Source: Catajapyx aquilonaris
Taxonomy: Eukaryota
Reading direction: 5' to 3'
Length of the DNA: 32,124 bases
NCBI GenBank assembly: GCA_000934665.2
Contig: JYFJ02004480.1
Location: 1-32,124, forward strand
The translations under genes and the position numbers were made by a program. Below the pieces are notes generated by a model, which did no database searches, was not told where the DNA came from, and saw nothing but the letters and a program-made list of their open reading frames with translations. Below, in pieces: positions 24,262-32,124 of this stretch (position 1 is the first letter of the stretch; every line of letters starts with the position of its first letter).

Positions 24262-24670
24262 CTACAACATGAATGAGAGTACATTAAAAAATCAGTCAAT
24301 TTCCTTACTGAATACACCATATTATTATAATATATCACACTGTATTACTAGGTTGTACCCTGCTTTATATGGCCATTTCAATGATGAACAAACAGCAAAT
24401 TCATGTGTTTAACTCAGGTTTTCAAAACTCAGGGAATAGATATTGAAAAATGGGGGGCCTGATGATTTAGTGGCTATGCTACTGGCCCGCCATTGGTGAG
24501 GCCCATGGATCAAATCCCGTCCCTGTCACCTTCGCTTGGTCAGTTCTTTTTCTGCTTTTCACCCAACTCATTCACACAGACTTGCACTCCCTTCTTTGCC
24601 CAAGGCCAAGAAAAAAGGTGTAGATTTTCAGAGGACCAGTCTTCAGTGTACAGTGTACATAGCAAAATCT

Positions 24671-24947
24671 GACCGAAGCAGTTTGGCGGAGTGGCTATAG
24701 GGTCCGACTGCTAATCGGGAGGTCCTGGGTTCGAGCCCCGGGGCCGGCAACTCTAACTGTGGTTTTCTGTGGTTTCCCACGGTCCCTCCAGGAGAATTCC
24801 GGGGTTGCTTCCTAATTTAAAAGGCCACAGCCGCCTCCTTCCTTCCCTATCCTATCCCAAAAAGCAAAAAGTAAACATGTAAGCAAGAGTTCCAGACAAA
24901 ACAAAAATCCCCCCTAAAGAGCCAAAAAGGCTGATAACGGGGTAAGA

Positions 24948-24987
<40 letters not shown>

Positions 24988-25001
24988 ATTATTATTATTA
25001 T
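24671..25001 (+). mobile_element. tRNA-derived SINE family B
   Basis: A/B boxes, body GGTTTTCTGTGGTTTCCC...AAGGCCACAGCCGCCTCCTTCC, (TTA)n tail and a 15-bp TSD TACATAGCAAAATCT (24656-24670, 25002-25016). Confidence 0.9.
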
Positions 25002-25822
25002 TACATAGCAAAATCTATCCAGGCACTGGTGCAGGTGATAATTTTCTGGACACTAATTCCTATGAACTCCAACACCAACGGAATCATATCATTGGGCAAT
25101 CCACTAAAATGAGCTTCTGATAATGAATGTAACTCACTGCCATGCTTGCAGGGGAAGGTACGGAAGTGTTTGGGAGTGAGGGTCCAGGGCATTCATGCCA
25201 ATAAGGATGTTAGCTAAATTCTTAAATATGCGGTATACTGATGTCTTCATTTCATGCAACTGGGGCAGATGCTGCAATCTAGCAGATTATTGAGGGGGCC
25301 TCAGGGAAATAATGAGAGGATCCTACTGCTTGGCAGAATGGTGCAGGCAGTGTCTTCTCAAATTCACTATGAGTGAACCACTTATGGGCTTCAAATACTA
25401 TGTATACTCAAGTGTTTACCAAGGAATCATGCTTCTATTGTGATCCAGTGGTGCCTCCTGCTTCGTACTTAATTCGTTCCAGGAGGTCATTCAAACTCCG
25501 AATTAATTGGTCCTAATCAATTTTCCCCATACTAAATAATGGAAAGTGAATTAATCCATTCACAGACCCTAAACAATACCCATATTGATAAACTGAAACA
25601 GCAAATACACATAATTTAGGGTACATATGGCATGATTAACGCCCTAGAGGCCAAGATTAAAAATTATAACATCAAAACAATAAAATATGCAAATACTGTG
25701 TAATAACATGACAATATTGCAATTTCTGTACAAGGAGGGGTGATGTCCCGGTGTGGCTGGTGGGGAGGAAGGAGGAGGGAGAAAGATTACTGTTTGGAAG
25801 GGGAATCACCTATCATTATATG

Positions 25823-25970
25823 GTACTCTCGGGTTCAAATACTTTTGGCCACTTTATCCTGGTCTTGAAGCAACCCTTCACACACACACACCTCCTTAAC
25901 GTGGGGTCTGTGGAAAGGGTTGCTTCAAGACCAGGATAAAGTGGCTAAAAGTATTTGAAACCGATAGTAC
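25823..25970. repeat. 148-bp hairpin with GTACTCT...ATAGTAC ends
   Basis: About 55-bp inverted arms, including ...CCACTTTATCCTGGTCTTGAAGCAACCCTT. Confidence 0.88.
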
Positions 25971-26090
25971 ATAACCAAACACACCAAAATTAAAGCAATA
26001 AAAGCGCTGAAAACACAATAGGGTAACGTAAGAGATGCTTTCTCAGCAAGAGCAACAGACGACTTAGGCGTAATGTACCACACTGTACTA

Positions 26091-26635
26091 CAGTTGAATC
26101 AGGATGTAACAAACTTCAAGGGACCACAGAAAAAAGTATGTTATAACCGAGGTCTGTTACGAGCCAAATTGCCACTTTTGCAAAGAATACACAAAGTTTT
26201 CAGCTTTCCATATGCCTATGACGCACACTGTCGCATACTGATTAATGAAACTACCGGTATCCATTAAAATGAAAAATTAGCTCACCCGCAAATCAGGACC
26301 GAAAAAATCAGTCATTTTCTTCTGCAGTCTGGTTCTTTCCAAACATACCAGAAAAAGAACGATTTGGACCTTTTTGGAAAGTGTTAGATCAGTGACAGGA
26401 GGGAAAATAACCCCTGCTCCAGTGTTCAGTGCTTTCCTGGCATGGGAAATGAAGCGAAGTAATCAAAAGCAGCATATTTTCCCACCAAGGGGCCAAGAAA
26501 TGTCTGTTATAGCCGACGTGTGGTGAAAAATGAGTATTATATCAGGAGTAAAAATACACAGGCCCTTATCGAAGTATGCCGGGACCAGCCTTTCAAGTCT
26601 GTTATACCAGATGCTGTTATATCCGGATTCAACTG
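26091..26635. mobile_element. Tigger/pogo-like MITE
   Basis: TIR CAGTTGAATC.GGAT.TAACA and TA TSD. Confidence 0.85.
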
Positions 26636-26739
26636 TACCATACGAGGGGCATTCATAAAGTTCGCGACTTTTCCTTGAAAAACAAGAGGTAGGCAAACAA
26701 TGATATTTTATTTTTCAACATAGTCTCCTTTCATGTTAA

Positions 26740-27024
26740 CCATGGAACTGTGCCGTGGGGTCTTTTCGGACCCCAAAGGAATTAAAATGCATTAAAATTA
26801 CAATTACAATGAACTGTTTGCCATTTTAAAAAAGTATATAACAGGAAGTGCGGGTTGATTTTGAATTAGCGATAATTTTAGGCATTGTTCAAAGAATGAT
26901 TGTATATAGTCAATACATTGAAAAGTATTATATGAAAATTAATAAAAATTAAAATAAGGCGTGGGGTCCTAAAAGACCCCACGGCACAGTTCCCGTGACT
27001 TTCAGGCACGGCACGGTTCCAGGG
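26740..27024. mobile_element. piggyBac-like MITE nested in a mariner-like fragment that starts at ~26643
   Basis: TTAA on both sides and TIR CC[A/C]TGGAAC[T/C]GTGCCGTG. The host starts TA-CGAGGGGCATTCATAAAG. Confidence 0.85.
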
Positions 27025-27852
27025 TTAATAAGCTTTGTCTCGAGTTTCTCCCATTTTTCTATCCGGTCCCAAAAAAATTGATTTTGAAACCCCACCCTAC
27101 ACCTCCACCACAACAGAAATCCCTTCATAGACAGATACATGGACCCTTCCATAAAGTTGATTATGATATCGGGGAATAGGAAAATGCTGAAAGTTTCGTT
27201 TTGTAGCACTAACCGTGCAAAAAAGTCGTCCTTGTCAGAGAAAAAAACATCATGAGTTGGTCTGTGACAGCTCAGCTTGATTGGCAAACTGTGAGGAAAC
27301 CTAGCTGGGGAGAAGGTGTTGATGAAGGATGGTATCCACCACAGCCAAACCGATGGCCAGGACCACTGCTATATACCACACCGTCAACTGCCTGTCTACC
27401 ATTGCCATGGTCTCCACAGCAGAGAGGTTTTCCTCGGTCACACAATCGCCGGCCTTCCCGAGTGGGGATCATCTTCCATTTTCTCTTTCCCACATTTGAA
27501 GCATACGACCCATCTCGTAACCATTGGGTATGATGGACAACAGCCCATCATTGTCTCTGGCATGCCCTTATAAATATCCACAGTGCTCATCCTTTGTTGT
27601 GAGAATGCTTTTTGTTGCTTTTTAGCAACAAAAAAGCATTACATAAGCGTTTAAAAATTGTTGCTCCAAGGGAGACTCATAGTCCGGGCCCTAAGTGCAA
27701 AAATCAGGCCTAACCTTGCACTTTGTGGTAAGAAGGTGCCACTTGGCCCATACATTTCTTAGGCCTATAGGAGCAATTTCAGAGTTGGAGGCAACTGATC
27801 GGCCCCTTAGGTCACGAGTTATGCAGTGTTGCCAACCTGATCAGGGAACTAA

Positions 27853-28894
27853 GGGCCAATTTCTCGAACAGTGGTTCAAGTCAGTTTGAACTGGGTTTGC
27901 CTCGGTTAGAATTGCGCCGTTGCCACATGTCGCGTCGTCCCCATTTCCCCGAACCGGTCTGAGCTTCAGCGCGAGTCTTTACCTGCTTGTAAACAAACTC
28001 TAGTCAGCAAGTCTAGAAGGCGGAGTGAGGGACATCGCATTTGAAAGTGACATTTTTTGACTAGTAGCCGACGTTACACCGCAAAATGAATTTTTTATGA
28101 CACTTCTCGGAGGCCAAAAAATTCCCGCTGTGGACCCTGGATAGTACAAATCTTTGTCTTTCTAATGATATATTTGAAACTCGGAAATCGCCATTTGTGT
28201 AATCATAATTAAGTTAATTGCACACCAGTTATCTCGGCCGTTTATAATCCGAATTACTTCGCGAATGTACCGACGGAAAGCCAGAAATGTGCGTGATAAA
28301 ATTGCATAGTGCTACACTAAAAATTTTAAACGTATTTAAAAGTATCGCCGTCTATTCCCGCCAGAAATCGGGCTGAGTACTTGTCTATTAAACTTACTAA
28401 AACAATACTTTTAAAAATTTTAGTGTAATAGAGCACAATGTAATTTTATCACGCACATTTCTGGCTTGCCGTCGATACATTCGCGAAGTAATTCGGATGA
28501 GAAACGGCCGAGATAACTGAGGTGTGCAATTAACTTAATTATGATTACACAAATGGCGATTTCTAAGTTTCAAATATACCATTAGAAAGACAAATATTTG
28601 CACTATCTATGTTCACAGGGGAAATTTTTTGGCCTCCGAAAAGTGCCATAAAAACTCATTTTGCGGAGTAATGTCGGCAACTAGTCAGAAAATGACACCT
28701 TTCATTGTAGTTCCCGGCATTCCAAACCCGGTTTATTTCAGATAACGGCCGGCAATCGGGCCGTCAGATGTGAACCGAGTTTAAACTGTATCCATGGTTT
28801 ACTTTTGCCTCGAGAAATGGAAATTTCTCTGAACTGGGTTCAAACCGGACTTGAACCTTGTTTACATTTGAACCACTGTTCGAGAAATCGGCCC
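27853..28894. mobile_element. PIF/Harbinger-like element containing a nested fold-back
   Basis: 27-bp TIR GGGCC[A/G]ATTTCTCGAACAGTGGTTCAA and TAA TSD (27850-27852, 28895-28897). Confidence 0.88.
28042..28704. mobile_element. Fold-back element with ~290-bp inverted arms
   Basis: TGAAAGTGACATTTTTTGACTAGT... is mirrored by ...ACTAGTCAGAAAATGACACCTTTCA. No clear TSD. Confidence 0.85.
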
Positions 28895-29374
28895 TAAGCG
28901 TTTTAACTTGCCACTTTGTGATAAGAAGGTGCCACTTGGCAGACATGTTCCCTAGGTGTATAGGATCCACTTGAGAGATGGCGGCACTTGATTGGCTCCT
29001 TAGGTGAGGAGTTATGCGAGTTTGCCCACCTGGTCAGGCTCAAAACATGGAAACCTCGGAAATGTCGGATAAAACCGCATTAAAATGGCATAGAATGTTA
29101 CAGATCCACTCTGCCGAAGTATTACAAGGTAATACTATGTGATCACAACCACTAGAAAACTGGTATTGCACTATTGTCTACCTCTCAGGGGCAATATGTT
29201 GTAATAATGACTACTGTGGTGAATCATATCCACGTAAAGTCAGTCTGATGGCACAAACAGACACTGGAACATTTCTTAGAACTCTACTTCACCTTCTCAA
29301 ATGTTGTAAATAAGGAAACAAACAAACAAACAAACACCTGTAAGTTACTTTATACATTATACGTGTAACATGCA

Positions 29375-31690
29375 TTAACTCATATCCCATTGACAACGGC
29401 CACCGCACTGGCAAAGTTCTGTGCACAGCAAATTAGCTTTTTTACACTTGCACTTCGCCATGCACAATTTCTTACATCCGCATTTTATGAGAAGGAGCAG
29501 AGACGCTTGTGCTACCGGAAGAGTGGTCCATACAGGCTCCCATGACACTGTACTGCCCTGAGCAGCACGAATCCAGACCCAGCCTAATGGATCTGGAAGC
29601 TCTTGCATGGCATTCAGACATCGGCCCCAACCCTGCCCTCCCTGGTAGCCAGCTCGGAGGCAATGCTGCCTTAAAGCTTCTTGGGTGGGTGGTATTGAAT
29701 CTATCTGCCTCACTTTTCTGGTAAATAGATTCCTCCTGCACTCATTCACTGCAGTGGCGTCGCTGCCACGATCGCACATTGCAACAACGAACTTCTCCAA
29801 GATAGGAAAACTATTCTCCATATCACCTTTTCCTATCTGAATCAATCATCTCATGGTTTCCGGACAAGCGGTCCACGTGTCAAAGATGGTTCTTTTGCCC
29901 TTTCCGGAAAAGGAGGAGACAACATCGCAACCTGAAAAGGCGTGGACCACTGGAAGTGCCGCTGATCTTTCAGGACCTACAATAACCAGACGGTAGATTA
30001 CATTGTAATCAGAATGATGCATGACATGCCTGCACTACTTTTGCAGTATGCCTGTTATGTTATGCGCAAGCGTTAACAAGATATACAGTACCGTTTTGTA
30101 CTCACCGAGGCACCTGGAAATGCTATGTGCAGCGATAAGCTTTGATTTTGCCCGATGCCAATCGACACCCAAAGCTCTTCCAAGCCAGGGATTCTTTCAG
30201 AATATGAGACTGCAACAATAGGTACATCGCTATCTGTTGTACGTATTAGACAATTTTTATGTCTTTGCTCTGCAGCATGAGCAACGTGCAGAATCAGACG
30301 CGAATCAGCCTCCTCATGGTCGCAAGGGCTTATACTAGACACGTCTGTGAGCTCTGCAGAGGTGACAACAGCATACTTGATGGTGTTGTAAAATTCCATT
30401 CCTGTCACACTGAGATTTTGTATGTCTTCAGCTAATAATTCGAAAATCTGCTTCTTATTATCAGCGTCTCGCAGGATACTTCCCCAAGCTTTCCTGGGAA
30501 TTTTAGTAGCTTCTGTGATGTAGATCCTCTCCCCCTGTCCACGCTTTTCACGGGTGGCATTTTTCAAGCTGCTCGAACTGTACACATCCCAAACTACATC
30601 TAGCCTCTTAACATTTCCAGTGCACTCTCTTCTTATATGTGGCAGAAACACTAAGTTGGCGTACTCTTGGGAAATTTCTGCAGGTCCTGGAGGCAGCATG
30701 TGTACCAGTGCAGCCCCATCAATAAATTTTGCATTAAAGGTGGGCAGCGAAGCACCATCTGGAAGGATGGCTTCTTCTGCCACACATGTCAGGCATTTAA
30801 TAATGTCAGACTTCATACATGACCGAATTTGCCTTAGCACTGACAGAAAAGGGGGGCTGGTTGATTTTCAAACCTAAAGAACTCCTCCAAATCACCATCA
30901 CTGCTCTGACAAGCAATAAAGAGCCTGCTGAAGAGTGCACAGTCCAACTAAGGAGTTCCTTTTGCTTGGGATGTTGGCCTGCCTGTAGAGGTCCATATTG
31001 AAAGACGGTTTTGGGGGATTGTGTCAGTTATCTGGTTGGTTGATGTCTCCAGCCTCTCCTTCAAAAAGCTCTGATACTGCACTACACCAATGAGTACGTT
31101 TACATGGGACTAAAAGTCGGCGTAGCTAAGGCCGCCTATGCTAGGCAAACCGGTTTACTCCCATGTAGCCGCTGGCCCTACGGTGAACCGGCTTTATCGG
31201 AGCCGGTATCGGGCTCAGCCCAAGTCTTTTGGATCGGGTGGTTTACCTAAGGCGATGGGGGTGATTGGCTGCTAGGGGACAGCCTAGGAGGGAAGACTTG
31301 CTTCTGAGTGGACTTCCGGCCGCGAAATTAGTGTCTGTGGCTTTCTCGAATAAACAGTGCTGGTACATGTAATTCGACTGCCTAATTATCACGGGCAGCC
31401 CATGCGGTACATATTGCACATTTTGCACATTTTTCTGTGAGGAGCGGCGTTACTAGGGCTCAGCATGGTGGGCACTATTTTTGGGTGGCTCACCCCCTCG
31501 GCAGCAAGAGAGTCAGTCCCATGTAGCAGTGGCAAAAGTGGGAGCAGGCTTTGCGTAGACAGGCCTTGCTTAGGAGGCCTGGGTCAGGCCGATTTTTAGT
31601 CCCATTAAACGTACTCTGTCTTCGACTTTCTGCACTATTTCATTAGCTTTTTCCTGAGCTATGAATTTGGTCTCAATATTGTAGATGTCA
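29375..31690 (-). pseudogene. Academ transposase C-terminal coding remnant
   Basis: In-frame stops (TGA ~29846, TAG ~30948), frameshifts (~30140, ~30850), a GT-AG intron at 30105-29977 and a MITE insertion at 31092-31616. Confidence 0.8.
31092..31616. mobile_element. Harbinger-like MITE inserted in the Academ coding region
   Basis: TIR GAGTACGTTTA(C)ATGGGACTAAAA. The flanks join to Academ-like KVED|IGVVQYQSF. The TSD is ambiguous. Confidence 0.8.
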
Positions 31691-31807
31691 TAGCTGAAAA
31701 AACTGTGGAACATCAGTAACAGCCATACCTAGTACTGACAGCTGACCAAGATGCAGGGATTCCATATTCCCACAGATACCTTCATAACTACTCCCACTGG
31801 CAGCTTC

Positions 31808-31900
31808 ATGACTCCCATTGACGGTTTCCTGACTCCCACCACCGGTTTCCTGACTCCCACCGCCGGTTTCCTGACTTCCACTGAAGGATTCCTGACCCAC
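31808..31900. repeat. 21-bp tandem repeat encoding GGSQETG-like units on the minus strand
   Basis: CGGTTTCCTGACTCCCACC.C occurs three times, with degenerate flanking units. Confidence 0.85.
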
Positions 31901-32124
31901 GTAGGCCACGTTGACGATGCCCAACATTCCATCGGAGGATTCCGGGTTCTCGTCGACGGTTTCCTGACTCTCATCATTTTCCAATTTTCGCCATGTTCCG
32001 TAGCGATATTCCCACATGATTCGCGTCGTCTGCTTCCCCTTCGCCTTGCCTTCACTAATTTTTCCTTACTAGAGTCGAATCTCGGTCCCGGGTGCGGGGT
32101 GACTTGGTGCCAGGGACCTACTAG

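Larger units (their letters stand above)
27128..32124 (-). mobile_element. Decayed AcademX-like DNA transposon (XPG/FEN1-like nuclease region plus Cys-rich C-terminus); boundaries approximate
   Basis: Motifs GVVQYQSFLKERL, DCALFSRLFIACQ...LEEFFRFENQ, FIDGAALVHML, DVVWDVYSSSSLKNATREKRG, HEEADSRLILH, RTTDSDV, HAFSGCDVVSSFSGKGK, IPPTQEALRQHCLRAGYQ and KCGCKKLC..KCKCKKANLLCTELCQC. A putative TAG terminus at ~27128 is an inference. Confidence 0.8.

Noticed and set aside
24675..24750. Possible tRNA-Ser(GCT) genes, here and at other SINE heads
   Set aside because: There is no proper acceptor stem or long variable arm, and each head continues into a SINE body, tail and TSD.
24262..32124. RBBP5 first coding exon (MNLELL-like)
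   Set aside because: No ATG plus donor matching the expected peptide was found by eye; it is probably outside the window.

Overview
Animal genomic DNA, probably arthropod (inferred from the short GT-AG introns and the repeat families). It holds three spliced housekeeping genes: an NKAPD1/C11orf57-like RS-rich gene (-, 3' end not found), a complete 5-exon TOMM40 (+, 343 aa) arranged head-to-head with it, and RBBP5 (-, 8 coding exons; the short first coding exon was not found). Introns and intergenic DNA are packed with often nested transposons: two tRNA-derived SINE families with TSDs; hAT, Tc1/mariner, Tigger, piggyBac, Harbinger, Sola2 and P/hAT-like MITEs; fold-back palindromes; and a decayed, intron-containing AcademX element. 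The most notable observations are: (1) a cryptic multi-exon gene relic at ~10.9-12.5 kb whose frames reappear when two MITEs are removed; (2) SINE 3' tails whose inner hairpin changes sequence between copies but keeps pairing; (3) two inverted SINE pairs that bracket RBBP5 exon clusters (circRNA candidates); (4) unrelated mini-hairpins that share GTACTAT...ATAGTAC ends; (5) a MER1A/Charlie3-like hAT element in an invertebrate. Family names come from manual motif recognition, not database searches.
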